DNA of 64,000 nt from assembly GCA_964016885.1 (NCBI GenBank), contig OZ024764.1, positions 15,810,001 through 15,874,000 of the forward strand, read 5' to 3'. Of this stretch, positions 15,350 through 29,142 are shown piece after piece. The notes under the pieces are model-generated. The model saw only the letters and a program-made list of their open reading frames with translations, made no database searches and had not been told where the DNA came from. Both the position numbers and the translations under genes were made by a program. The stretch's first letter is position 1. The number at the start of each line of letters is the position of its first letter. This stretch comes from Eledone cirrhosa. Its lineage: Eukaryota.

Positions 15350-16658
15350 GAATCAAAAGGCCTTAAAATTAACCTGGCTAAGACTAAAGTTCTAGTTTGT
15401 AGGAAAGAAAATAAGGCGGCGGTCCCTTCCGGGAAGTGGCCATGCTCAGTGTGTAGGAAAGGCGTAGGTAGAAACTCCATTTTGTGTCCCAAATGCAGAG
15501 TATGGGTGCATAAAAGATGTAGTGGGATCACAGGTAAGCTAACTAAGAACACAGATTTTACATGTGGCCGGTGTTCTGGTGAAATAAGTAGCAGCAAGTG
15601 CCCACAAAATACTAACTCTTTCAATTGCGCAGAGGGTTCTATAGAAATAGTGGACAGCTTCTGTTACCTGGGTGACAAAATCAGCAGTGGGGGAGGGTGC
15701 TCTGAAAGTACAGTAGCTAGAGTCAGAACTGGGTGGAAAAAGTTCAGAGAGCTTATACCACTATTAGCCACTAAAGGGTTCTCCCTAAAAATGAAAGGCA
15801 GGTTGTATGATGCCTGCATACGAACAGCAATGTTGCATGGCAGTGAGACCTGGGCATTGTGTGCAGAGGATATACGCAGACTAGAGAGGAACGAAGCTTG
15901 CATGCTCCACTGGATGTGTAATAGTAATATATGTGAACGGCAAAGCATAAACGAACTAAGGAAAAAATTAGAAATAAGAGGGATCAGATGTTGTTTACTC
16001 GAGAGAAGGCTACGTTGGTATAGTCACGTGATGCGCATGAAAGACGACAGCTGTATAACAAAGTGCAGGGCAATAAAGATAGATGGTAGCCACGGAGTAG
16101 GCAGACCCAGGAAAACCTGGGACGAGCTGATAAATTCCGACCTCACACACTTACACCTCTCCAAGACAATGTCACTGGACCGAGACCTTTGGCGGTACTC
16201 AGTAACAGAGAAGACCCGCCTTACCTAAATACAAAGCAAAACCTACTAGTCAGTAGGCATCTCTAACAAAATACACCCCCGTCCCACCTCATCCACACCG
16301 CCCCCTTCAATGCAAAGTTATGTTGGTGCCACAACATCCAGGCCGAAACAAACGAGATCGTGTAGGTGTCACGACAAAAAAACACACAGTCCACGCTGTA
16401 AAGTGACCGTGTAGGCAACACGGTAAAAACCTCCCAGTCCCACACTGTAAATGTGGTTGGTGTTAGGAAGGGCATCCAGCTGTAGAAAACACGCCAGACA
16501 GTCCACACTGTAAATGTGGTTGGTGTTAGGAAGGGCATCCAGCTGTAGAAAACACGCCAGACAGTCCTATGCGAGCAAGACAACCACTCTTGCCTCAAGT
16601 GGGAAAACCCCCGTCCAAACCCATGCAAGCGTGGAACAGGGACGTTAAACGATGATGA

Positions 16659-16661
<3 letters not shown>
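15350..16661 (+). mobile_element. 5'-truncated RTE LINE family B (PHD-like finger and RT C-terminus, long 3' UTR, (GAT)n tail)
   Basis: Open frame to 16228: [49 protein letters not shown]. 3' UTR 16229-16660. Confidence 0.95.
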
Positions 16662-16695
<34 letters not shown>

Positions 16696-16828
16696 CATAC
16701 ATATATACACATATATATATATATATACATATATACATATAAACTTATATACATAAATACATACACACATGTATAAATATATACATACATAAATATATAT
16801 ATATATACACACATATATACGTATATAC

Positions 16829-17626
16829 AGGTGGGTTCTATAGAAGTGGTTGATAGCTTCCAGTACCTAGGTGATCAGATTAGCATGGCAGGAGGGTGTT
16901 CCGAGGCCATAGTATCTAGAATAAGGACAGGTTGGAAGAAATTTAGGGAGCTGCTTCTTCTGCTGACGAAGAAGGATTTCTCCCTGCGTACGAAAGGCCA
17001 GTTGTATGATGCCTGTGTGAGGAGTGCGATGCTGCATGGTAGTGAGACATGGGCAGCTACCGCAGAGGATATGCAACGGCTGGAGAGAAATGAGGCAAGC
17101 ATGCTCCATTGGATGTGTAATGTCGGTGTACGTGAACGACTAAGCATGGATGAGTTGAGAGAGAAACTGTGTATAAGAGGGATAAGTTGTAGTGTGTGAG
17201 AGAGAAGACTGAGATGGTATGGACATGTGATGAGTTGAGAGAGAAACTGTGTATAAGAGGGATAAGTTGTGGTGTGTGGGAGAGAAGACTGAGATGGTAT
17301 GGACATGTGATGTGTTGAGAGAGAAACTGTGTATAAGAGGGATAAGTTGTAGTGTACGGGAGAGGAGACTGAGGTGGTATGGACATGTGATGCGCATGGA
17401 GGATGACCACTGGGTAAAGAAGTGCCAGGAAATGTCAGTAGAAGGAAGACGTAGTAGAGGTAGACCACGAAAAACATGGGCGGTGGTGGTGAGAGCTGAC
17501 CTCAGATTGCTGAAACTGACGGAGGAGATGGTGAAGGACCGTGACAAGTGGAGAGATGCTGTGCTGAATAGGACCCACCCTACCCTTGCAAGCAGGGAAA
17601 GGCGGACCTATGATGATGATGATGAA
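16829..17626 (+). mobile_element. 5'-truncated RTE LINE family A with an internal ~80-bp triplication
   Basis: [32 protein letters not shown]. The segment gttgagagagaaactgtgt...ggacatgtgat occurs 3 times (17154-17392). Confidence 0.95.
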
Positions 17627-17872
17627 GAGTGTAGGATGTGAGGTGAGGGAGATTTGGCTACTATTTCTAAGAAGGTGGCTTCCTCGTTAGTCAAAAGTTG
17701 ACAGCTCAGGGATTGGAAAGCAGGAACTAGGGAAGGGAAAGCCAGTTAATCTGGATACCCCAGGGGTATAGTTTAGGGTGGAGCTGGGGTAGAGGGTGGG
17801 GCACAGATGGGGGTACAGAGGTAAGAATGGGGTACGGGATTACATCAAAAATATATAACTTACACCTTCAAA

Positions 17873-18155
17873 ACCACCTCCACTACAACACCACACCACC
17901 ATTGACACCACCACTACACCACACCACTACCACTACACCACACCACACCACCACACCACCACACCACTACACTACTACACTACACTATTACCACCACATC
18001 ACCACACCACTACACCACACCACTACACCACCATTCACCACTACACCACCACCACTACACCACACCACCACACCACTACACTACTACACTACTACCACTA
18101 CACCACCACCACTACACCACCACTACACCACACCACCACCACTACACCACCACCT
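17873..18155. repeat. (ACC/ACT)n low-complexity repeat
   Basis: Seen directly. Confidence 0.9.
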
Positions 18156-18594
18156 CTACAGGAAGTAATACTATATAATATTGCTGTTATATTTTCCACA
18201 GATCTTCGTTAGGAAACCGGAAATATAACGAGTCTGTATTTATTTTGAAGTAATTAGTTAGTGGGGGAGGGAAGCAGGAGAGTAATTAGTTAATGGGGGG
18301 GGAGTAGGGGGAGTAATTAGTGAATGGGGGGGAGAAGGAATAGAAGAAGGAAGAGGAGGGAGAGAAGAAGAGAAAGAAGAAGAAAAAGAAGGCAAAGAAG
18401 AAGAGAAAAAAGAAGGCAAAGAAGGAAGAGAAGAAGAAGAATTAATTAGAGAGTTCTCGTTAATTAATTTAACTTTGTTTTTATTTAAATCTTTTCATTC
18501 AGAAAATTCCTTTTTTTTTCTTTCTTTGCTAATGTCTCCATATTTTGGTATGTTAGAGTATATAGATCTGTGTATATATGGGAAGTGTGTATAA

Positions 18595-18642
<48 letters not shown>

Positions 18643-19573
18643 ATCATCATCACTGTTTTACGTCCATTCTTCCACGCTAGCATGGGTTAGACAAGTTGTC
18701 CTGTTGTGGGCAGTGTCCGGTCGGCTGACCATGCCTTGCTCATACAGGAACTGATCTGGCTTGATTTCTAGAGCTGGATGCCCTTCCTAACACCAATCTC
18801 GTTTACAGTGAGTGCTGGGTGCTTTTTTGCCGTGGCGCCTACACGACCACTTTACAGTGGGTGGAGGGGTTAGGGCATATTATCTATATGCTTCAGCTTC
18901 GGCTTGTACCCCCGTGGGAAGTCGGGTCTTCTGTATTACTGCGTGACGCCAGAGGTGACGGTCGTGTGTCATCGCCTTTGAGAGGTGTAATTGGGTAAGG
19001 TCAGCTTTTATCACCTCATCCCAAGTCATCTTGGGTCTCCCCACTCCGCGGTTTCCATCGACTTCTAGTGCTCTGCACCTTTTTATGCAGCTGTCATCCT
19101 TCATACGCATCACATGTCCATACCAACGCAACCGCCTCTCCTGCACGCAGCATTTGATTCCTCTTATGCTCAGTCTCTCTCCCAATTCATTTATGCTTTG
19201 CCGTTCGCGTATATTACTGTTACACATCCATCGGAGCATGCAGGCTTCGTTTCTTTCTAATCTACGTAAGTCTTCCACCTTCAGCGCCCAGGTCTCACTA
19301 CCATGCAACATCGCTGTTCGTATACACGCATCATACAGTCTGCCTTTCATTTTGAGGGAAAAACCTTTTGTAGCTAGCCAAATCAGTTCCTGTATGAGCA
19401 AGACAAGGTCAGCCGACCAGACACTGCCCACAACAGGACAACCCGTCTAACCCATGCTAGCGTGGAAGAACGGACGTAAAACAGTGATGATGATGATGAG
19501 TGGCAGTTGCTCCCTGAACTTCTTCCATCCCATTCTTACCCTGGTTACTGTACTGTCCGAACACCCACCTCCA
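18643..19573 (-). mobile_element. 5'-truncated RTE LINE family B, interrupted at ~19378-19499 by an antisense copy of its own 3' tail
   Basis: ORF 18880-19431 ([20 protein letters not shown]) resumes at 19500-19573 ([17 protein letters not shown]). Confidence 0.9.
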
Positions 19574-19587
19574 TATATGTCTATATT

Positions 19588-19627
<40 letters not shown>

Positions 19628-19972
19628 TCCATATTTTGGTAGGTTACTGTAAGACGGGGAGTGTATATATATATAGATATGTATGTGCGTAGAGGGAAGT
19701 GTGTATATATCTGTATATGTGTGGGAAGTGTGTATAAATGTGTATATATCTGTGTATATATAAATGTGTGCGTGTATATATATATATATATATATGTGTA
19801 TATATTTGTGTGTGTGTATATATGCGTATATATATATATATATGTGTATATATATATATGTGTATATATATATATGTGTATATATAAATATATATATATG
19901 TGTATATATAAATATATATATATGTGTATATATAAATATATATATATATGTGTATATATAAATATGTATATG

Positions 19973-20003
<31 letters not shown>

Positions 20004-20046
20004 GTGTATATATATGTATATATATATATATATGTGTATATATATA

Positions 20047-20102
<56 letters not shown>

Positions 20103-20131
20103 TACACATATATATGTGTATATATATTTAG

Positions 20132-20225
20132 GTTTGTTGGTTCACCACTATATAGAGCTGGTCAATTCCGTATGGTCAATCTTGATGTAATAATATAGAG
20201 AGTACTCAACGTAGAGCAGCTCACC
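20132..20225 (+). mobile_element. Short CR1/L2-like LINE RT C-terminal remnant
   Basis: [14 protein letters not shown], then after a frameshift NNIESTQRRAA; resembles LVRPHLEY..VWSP...IE.VQRRA. Confidence 0.5.
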
Positions 20226-20319
20226 CGTCTTCGTTTGTGTAGTTGGTGGTGCTAGTACGGAGTTAAATATAATAAATCAACAGGAGGCTGGACTGGTGTA
20301 AATCCTTGAAAGGTTTATT

Positions 20320-20377
20320 ATACTATGATCATTTCAATGACTGGGTTCCGTATGAATCCGGTGATATCATCAGGTAT
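20320..20377 (-). ncRNA. Minimal type I hammerhead ribozyme (degenerate stem II)
   Basis: Minus strand: AUAC-CUGAUGA-uauCaccggauucauacggaacccaguCauu-GAAA-UGAUCA-UA-GUAU. Core intact; stem III palindromic. Confidence 0.65.
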
Positions 20378-20409
20378 TCTAAATATAATCAGTGAATGTA
20401 ATAGGTAAA

Positions 20410-20558
20410 ATCCATGGGGCTGAAAATCATAGAGCCGAGGGCGACCACCATCTTGTATCTTCCAGCTCAGTCGGTCACCTGCTTGAGGGTGACCGACTGA
20501 GGTAGAAGATGCAAGATGGTCGGGCGTCCTCTTGTCTTTGATTTTCAGCCCCATGGAT
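20410..20558. other. GC-rich 149-bp imperfect fold-back (MITE-like or structured RNA)
   Basis: atccatggggctgaaaatca...tcagtcggtcacc-tgcttgag-ggtgaccgactga...tgattttcagccccatggat. Confidence 0.75.
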
Positions 20559-21985
20559 ATGTGTATATATATATATATGTGTATATATATATGTGTATAT
20601 ATATATGTTTATATATATATGTGTGTGTATATATATATGTATGTATATATATATGTGTATATATATATATATATGTGTATATATATATATGTGTATATAT
20701 ATATATATGTGTATATATATATGTGTATATATATATGTGTATATATGTTTATATATATATATGTCTATATATATATATATGTGTATATATATATATTTAT
20801 ATATATGTGTGTGTATATATATATGTGTATATATATATATGTGTATATATATATGTTTATATATATATGTGTGTATATATATATATATATGTGTATATAT
20901 ATATATGTGTATATATATATATATATCTATATATATATCTATATATATATGTATATATATATATGTGTATATATATGTGTATATATATATGTGTATATAT
21001 ATATGTATATATATATATATATATATGTGTATATATATATATATGTATATATATATGTGTGTATATATATATATATATGTGTATATATATATATATGTGT
21101 ATATATATATATATATATCTATATATATATCTATATATATATGTATATATATATATGTGTATATATATGTGTATATATATATGTGTATATATATATGTAT
21201 ATATATATATATGTGTATATATATATATATGTATATATATATGTGTGTATATATATATATATATGTGTATATATATATGTGCATATATATATGTGTATAT
21301 ATATATATATGTATATATATATGTGTGTATATATATATATGTGTATATATATATATGTGTGTATATATATATGCGTGTATATATCTGTGTGTGTGCATAT
21401 TTTGGTAGGTAAATGTAAGAAAAGTGTGTATCTGTGGGTATTGGTGTGTATATATCTATGTATGTATATATATATATGAGTGTATATATGTATGTGTATA
21501 TATATGTGTGTATATATGTATGTGTATATATCTGTGTGTCCCCCATATTTTGGTAGGTTAGTGTAAAAAGGTGTGTGTGTGTGGATGTATATAAGTGTGT
21601 GTGGATGTATATGTATGTGTGTATATGGATATGCGTATATATGTGGGTATATATACATATGAATGTTTCTGTATATAAATACATATATATATATATATAT
21701 ACACACATATATATGTTTATATATATATATACGTGTTTATATATGTAAATGTGTTTATATGTATATATATATGTAAATGTGTTTATATGTATATATATAT
21801 ATATATATGTGTGTTTGCATTTATATATATGTATATACACATGTATGTATGTATATATATTATATAATAAATATATACAATCATTCATGTATGTTTACTA
21901 CACTCCCCTCCCATAATTTGGTCTTCCTGTCAACAGAAAAAGGAATTTCATGGTAAATAATATATATATATAAATATATATATAC

Positions 21986-22103
<118 letters not shown>

Positions 22104-22124
22104 ATGTATATATATATGTATATA

Positions 22125-22170
<46 letters not shown>

Positions 22171-22171
22171 C

Positions 22172-22314
<143 letters not shown>

Positions 22315-22321
22315 TACATAC

Positions 22322-22396
<75 letters not shown>

Positions 22397-22514
22397 CACA
22401 CATACGGTATATATAATTATATATACACACCTCACATCCTCAGTCTTTACAGACTGTGACGTCATACTTATCGTTATTTTCATCATTAGTAACGTCATCC
22501 CAATCACCTTGTAC

Positions 22515-23800
22515 TGTCATCACCTCTTCCCACCACCACCACCATTGCTGTCATCACCTCATACCACCACCATTGCTGTCATCACCACCATCACCACCAC
22601 CATCACATCATACCACCACCATCACCTCATACTACCACCATCACCACCACCATCACATCATACCACCACCATCACCACCACCATCACCTCATACCACCAC
22701 CATTGCTGTCATCATCACCATCACCACCACCACCATCACATCATACCACCACCATCACCTCATACCACCACCATCACCATCACCATCATACCACCACCAT
22801 CACCTCATACCATCACCATTGCTGTCATCATCATCATCACCTCATACCACCACCATCACCACCACCATCACCTCATACCACCACCATCCCCACCACCATC
22901 ACCTCATACCATCACCATCACCACCACCATCACCTCATACCACCACCATCCCCACCACCATCACCTCATACCACCACCACCACCACCACCACCATCACCT
23001 CATACCACCACCATCACCACCACCATCACCTCATACCACCACCATCCCCACCACCATCACCTCATACCACCACCACCACCACCACCATCACCTCATACCA
23101 CCACCATCCCCACCACCATCACCTCATACCACCACCATCACCATCACCTCATACCACCACCATCCCCACCACCATCACCTCATACCATCACCATCACCAC
23201 CACCATCACCTCATACCACCACCATCCCCACCACCATCACCTCATACCACCACCATCCCCACCACCATCACCTCATACCACCACCATCACCACCACCATC
23301 ACCTCATACCACCACCATTGCTGTCATCATCATCATCACCTCATACCATCATCATCACCACCACCATCACCTCATACCACCACCATCACCACCACCATCA
23401 CCTCATACCACCACCACCATCACCTCATACCACCACCATCCCCACCACCATCACCACCACCTCATACCATCACCATTGCTGTCATCATCACCATCACCTC
23501 ATACCACCACCATCACCACCACCATCACCTCATACCACCACCATCACCACCACCATCACCTCATACCACCACCATTGCTGTCATCATCATCATCACCTCA
23601 TACCATCATCATCACCACCACCATCACCTCATACCACCACCATCACCACCACCATCACCTCATACCACCACCACCATCACCTCATACCACCACCATTGCT
23701 GTCATCATCATCATCACCTCATACCATCACATCACCACCATCACCACCATCACCACCACCACCATCACCACCACCACCATCAAGATGATGATGATGATGA
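22515..23800. repeat. (CAC)n-derived compound minisatellite (atcacctcataccaccacc)
   Basis: Seen directly. Confidence 0.9.
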
Positions 23801-24102
23801 TGTGCCCCCTCCCCCCAAAAAAAATCTACACACAATTTGGCCCCTCATAACCAATTGAATTATTCATTTATTTTCAGATGAGATGAACCCTAATTTATCA
23901 TGAGGGGATACTGGAGGTATGGGGCAATGAGAAGGTGGGGGACAGGGCTGAGTGGACAGGAACGAACGGAGCTACGACCCAAGCACATACCTGTGACCAC
24001 CAGAGATGGTGGCAGGTCAACACTGCAATGTCCCTATGACCCCCAAAAAGGGTCAAAGGACCATGATGATAATGACGACAATGATGAATACCTTGGCTAT
24101 GT

Positions 24103-24545
24103 TTGACCTCGGCTGTGTCTGACCTTGCTTGTCTGACCTTGGCTGTGTCTGACCTTGGCTGTGTCTGACCTCGGCTGTGTCTGACCTTGGCTGTGTCTGA
24201 CCTTGGCTGTGTCTGACCTTGGCTGTGTCTGACCTCGGCTGTGTCTGACCTTGCTTGTCTGACCTCGGCTTTGTCTGACCTCGGCTGTGTCTAACCTCGA
24301 CTATGTCTGACCTCGGCTGTGTCTGACCTCGGCTGTGTCTGACCTCGGCTGTGTCTGTCCTCGGCTGTGTCTGACCTCGGCTGTGTCTGACCTCGGCTGT
24401 GTCTGACCTCGGCTGTGTCTGACCTTGCTTGTCTGACCTCGGCTGTGTCTGACCTTGCTTGTCTGACCTCGGCTGTGTCTGACCTTGCTTGTCTGACCTT
24501 GGCTGTGTCTGACCTCGGCTGTGTCTGACCTTGACTGTGTCTGAG
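24103..24545. repeat. 16-bp minisatellite (cctcggctgtgtctga) with a 14-bp variant
   Basis: Seen directly. Confidence 0.9.
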
Positions 24546-24609
24546 TTTTTCTTCTTCTGACATCTCCACCACCACCACCACCATCACAAAGCACCTTGGG
24601 TAAGTACAC

Positions 24610-24828
24610 ATTATTATAAAATAAAGCACCAGTAATACACTGGGGTAATTGCTGGCCTTGTGCCCAAAGTAGAAACAATTAGTGTCAGACACCATGCTTT
24701 GCAGCATAGAGTTATGACCCTTTACGTTCTGAGTTCAAATCCTGCTGAGGTTAGCTTGATAAAATAAAGCACCAGTAATACACTGGTGTAATTGCTGGCC
24801 TTGTGCCTAACGTAGAAACAGTTATTAT
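24610..24828 (+). mobile_element. Rearranged SINE family 1 fragments
   Basis: Tail, B-box segment and tail again, matching 11928-12272. Confidence 0.75.
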
Positions 24829-25064
24829 GGATTCCATGTACATCCTCTTCACATAAAGTCTTTCCTTCCTGTTAGTCTACCTGTTACCCCACTACAGCTG
24901 ATGTGTAGCCAGGATTCGGTAACATGCAGGCGGGGGCTGATGGTGCGTTGGCCTCAGGCATCCTTGGATGGGGGCGTCATTTGGGGAAAAGAACTTAATA
25001 AATTTGATTGATTCATATTAAATATCTGAATAAAATGTTTATTTCTCATGTTTCATCTGTGGTT

Positions 25065-25220
25065 CATCATCATCATCATCATCATCATTGTTTAACGTCT
25101 ATCTTCCACGCTAGCATGGGTTAGATAGGAGTTGCGCCATATGATGCAAGATTGGTTGGGTGACCGTGTCCCACACGTATAGGACAGTATCAGGCAGGTT
25201 TTCTACAGCTGGATGCCCTA
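25065..25220 (-). mobile_element. RTE-derived non-autonomous element 3' end
   Basis: (cat)n-tttaacgtctatcttccacgctagcatgggttag...tacagctggatgccc. Confidence 0.75.
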
Positions 25221-25374
25221 TATTCAAAATGTTTTCTTTTCTCATAATATTTCTCATGATTAAAAGAAAAAAAAATTTGTTGATCGACTTTCGTCAAATC
25301 GGACCGAGGAAACAATGTTTCCGCTGGTCTTTCTAGTTGCTAATACTATCTATCGGTCATAACTCCAGGTAGAA

Positions 25375-25780
25375 GGAGCAATGTGAAATAAAGTGTCTTG
25401 CCCAAGGACATCATCATCACCATCATTCGTCGACTACTGTCGAGATGATGGATCTCACTCTCATGCCCCAGAATTCCCTATCCCCCATCGCTGCCCCCAG
25501 GTCCTGTCTACTGATTCCCGTATCCCTAGAGATAACGTCAGGGAATGACAGCTTCCTACTCCTAGTCAGGCTGGAGTCAGGGTTCCAGAGCAAGAGAGCG
25601 GATATGATTTCATTGCTGGCACGGTGACAGGGGCCAGCAAATTGAGCTCTCCGGGATTTTAGAAGGGCAGAGGCTCGAGGGAGTTTGCCAAGGACATAAC
25701 ACATCACCCGGTCCAGGGTTGGAACTGACAATCTCTTGATTGCGAATTCGGTTCTCTAACCACTCAGACACAAGCCTTCA
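25375..25780 (-). mobile_element. CORE-like SINE (family 2) head interrupted by an RTE-X-like LINE 3' fragment (25410-25692)
   Basis: gtgaaataaagtgtcttgcccaaggaca [LINE insert, ..RRAQFAG.CHRA..LLLWNP..DREFW] ccaaggacataacacatcacccgg...; ccaaggacat is duplicated as a probable TSD. Confidence 0.75.
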
Positions 25781-25792
25781 CATTTCTCAGTA

Positions 25793-25997
25793 TATTAGAC
25801 CTTATACTTGAGTCTTGGGGATTAGACCTTATACTTGAGTCTTTGGGGCATTAGACCTTATACTTGAGTCTTTGGGGCATTAGACCTTATACTTGAGTCT
25901 TTGGGGCATTAGACCTTATACTTGAGTCTTTGGGGCATTAGACCTTATACTTGAGTCTTTGGGGTATTAGACCTTATACTTGAGTCTTTGGGGCATA
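25793..25997. repeat. 29-bp minisatellite, 7 copies
   Basis: Unit ttagaccttatacttgagtctttggggca. Confidence 0.95.
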
Positions 25998-26055
25998 CAA
26001 TCAAGATTTGCCGCAAGCTGCTGCCAGGATTTAGATTATGTACATAGTATAGGGT

Positions 26056-27702
26056 TTAACCCTTTAGCATTTAAACCGGTTATATCCGGCCAGAATTCTC
26101 TCATATCTTTCTGTTCAAACCGGCTATAACTGGCCACTCATACTGATGTTAAGGTATTGTTCTCAAAATAAATAATATCAAAATCTCATAGATTCGATAT
26201 TATGTGAGATAGTAATGTAAGATAAAGCCTTTACCGGGAAAATATAATAGTAAATATAGAGTAATCATCATCATCATCATCATTTAACAGCCATCTTCCA
26301 CGCTAGCATGGGTCAGACGGTTTTGTTCCATTTGATGCGGGAATCGTCAGGAGACCATGTCTCGCATTCACGGAAGTGTCTCTGGTAGGTTTTTTACAGC
26401 TGGATGCCCTTCCTAACACCAACCACTTTACAGTGTGGACTGGGAGTCTTTTTACTGTGTCTCCTACATGACCACTTTACAGTGTGGACTGGGAGCCTTT
26501 TTACTGTGTCTCCTACATGACCACTTTACAGTGTGGACTGGGAGCCTTTTTACTGTGTCTTCTACATGACCACTTTACAGTGTGGACTGGGAGTCTTTTT
26601 ACTGTGTCTCCTACATGACCACTTTACAGTGTGGACTGGGAGCCTTTTTACTGTGTCTCCTACATGACCACTTTACAGTGTGGACTGGGAGTCTTTTTAC
26701 TGTGTCTCCTACATGACCACTTTACAGTGTGGACTGGGAGTCTTTTCACTGTGTCTCCTACATGACCACTTTACAGTGTGGACTGGGAGCCTTTTTACTG
26801 TGTCCCCTACATGACCACTTTACAGTGTGGACTGGGAGCCTTTTTACTGTGTCTCCTACATGACCACTTTACAGTGTGGACTGGGAGTCTTTTCACTGTG
26901 TCTCCTACATGACCACTTTACAGTGTGGACTGGGAGTCTTTTCACTGTGTCTCCTACATGACCACTTTACAGTGTGGACTGGGAGCCTTTTTACTGTGTC
27001 CCCTACATGACCACTTTACAGTGTGGACTGGGAGCCTTTTTACTGTGTCTCCTACATGACTACTTTACAGTGTGGACTGGGAGTCTTTTCACTGTGTCTC
27101 CTACATGACCACTTTACAGTGTGGACTGGGAGTCTTTTTACTGTGTCTCCTACATGACCACTTTACAGTGTGGACTGGGAGCCTTTTTACTGTGTCTCCT
27201 ACATGACCACTTTACAGTGTGGACTGGGAGCCTTTTCACTGTGTCTCCTACATGACCACTTTACAGTGTGGACTGGGAGCCTTTTTACTGTGTCTCCTAC
27301 ATGACCACTTTACAGTGTGGACTGGGAGCCTTTTCACTGTGTCTCCTACATGACCACTTTACAGTGTGGACTGGGAGCCTTTTTACTGTGTCTCCTACAT
27401 GACCACTTTACAGTGTGGACTGGGAGCCTTTTTACTGTGTCTCCTACACAACCACTTTACAGTGTGGACTGGGAGCCTTTTCACTGTGTCTCCTACATGA
27501 CCACTTTACAGTGTGGACTGGGAGCCTTTTTACTGTGTCTCCTATGCGGCCACCTTACAGTGTGAACTGTTGTGTCATCAACACAGTGGACGGAACGGGA
27601 GATGGAGGGTGGGGTAGGAGGTGGGGTTAAGAGGTGCCTATTGACTGTAGGTTTGTATGCAATGGCAGTTGGGTCTTCTAATCTAAATGCTAAAGGGTTA
27701 AG
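26056..27702. mobile_element. piggyBac-type MITE split by an RTE family-B 3' end (26265-27680, minus)
   Basis: ttaaccctttagcattta at ~26056 and taaatgctaaagggttaa at ~27685. Confidence 0.8.
26423..27565. repeat. 49-bp minisatellite, ~23 copies
   Basis: Same unit as 8732-11545, inside the LINE 3' UTR. Confidence 0.95.
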
Positions 27703-27719
27703 CCTACTCCTTTTCCCTA

Positions 27720-27928
27720 TTAACCCATTAGCATTTGCATTATTCTGTACATACTATTGTATTTGTGGTAATTATCTCACATAATATCGAATCTATGAGA
27801 TTTTGATATTTTTCATTTTGAGAACAATACCTTAACATAAGTATGAGCGGCCAGTTACAGCTGGTTTGAACAGAAAGAGATGAGAGAATTCTGGCTGGAT
27901 ATGGCCGGTTTAAATGCTGATGGGTTAA
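27720..27928. mobile_element. Short piggyBac-type MITE copy without expanded 72-bp units
   Basis: ttaacccattagcattt...taaatgctgatgggttaa. Confidence 0.8.
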
Positions 27929-28237
27929 GCAGGGCCACTTCCTGAAGGAATCAGAGCCCTTTCTTCTCTCCTACTGACTTGCAGTTTAGTTTCGGCTAAG
28001 TTTACTCTCAGACCTTTGGATTCCAAATTCTTTTTCCATTGTGTGTGTGTGTGTGTGCGCGATTGTGTGTCTGTGTGATTTGATGTGTGTGTGTGCGCGA
28101 CTGTGTACGTGTGATGTGTGTGTGTACGTGTGGGCTTGATTGCTTGTGTATGTGTGTGTGACTAAATCCATTCTGTTTGTTTACAAGAAACAGCAAGATC
28201 TGTTGATAAATGGAAATATGGTCTGTATAGATCTACT

Positions 28238-28900
28238 GGTGGTGGTGGTGGTGGTGGTGGTGGTGGTGGTGGTGGTGGTGGTGGTGTAGTGGTGGTGTGG
28301 TGGTGGTGGTAGGATGTACAATTTCTGTGTCACTACTTCCTGTTTTTGATTATGTTGTTGGCGGGGTGGTGGTTGGTGGTGGGGTGTTGGTTGGTGGTGG
28401 TTGGTGGTGATGGGGTGGTGGTGTTTCCTACTCAATATGGTAGTGATTCCACAGTTTATGTGTACCTAGAGTTGATGGTTGAAGTGGTGGTGGTGGTGGG
28501 GGACATTGTGGTGGTGGTGTAGCGGTGGTGGTGTTGCTGATGTATTGGTGGTGGTGTTGACGTTAGTGGTGATGTTGATGGTGGTGTTGTTGACGGTAGT
28601 GGTGGTGGTGTGGTTTTTCCTCAGTTTAGATGTGGGGGGGGGGGGGTGAGGATGCTGTGGTGGTGGTGACGGTTGTTCTTCAGTATGTGTGTACCTAGAT
28701 TTGTTGTTGGTGGTGGTGGTGTTGGTGATGGTGGTGGTGGTGGTGGTGGTGGTGGTGGTGGTGGTGGTGGTGGTGTTGGTGGTGGTGTTGGTGGTGGTGG
28801 TGTTGGTGGTGGTGATGATGGTGTTGGTGGTGTTGGTGGTGGTGGTGGTGTTGGTGGTGGTGGTGTTGGTGGTGGTGGTGATGGTGGTGGTGTTGGTGTA
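28238..28900. repeat. (GGT)n low-complexity repeats
   Basis: Seen directly. Confidence 0.9.
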
Positions 28901-29142
28901 GCTGTGATGAACCTTAGGATTAAAGTAGTAGAAAAACCAGGAGCTACCATGAAATCCTGGATCAGTGGGACATACCCCTTTAAAAAAACCCCTGTATTGA
29001 TAGAAACTGTATAGTCTGTAAGACGGGGTGTGCGACATATTCCATTGGGGGGCCACTTTTGAACATTGGAACAACTATTAGGGCCATTAATATTTATTAA
29101 GCACTATTCCAAAGATTTACCACAACTTCTTACCATAACATG

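Noticed and set aside
18201-18249. Possible micro-exon (ttttccacag acceptor, gtaatt donor)
   Set aside because: Weak donor, no recognisable peptide and no partner exons; would need RNA-seq
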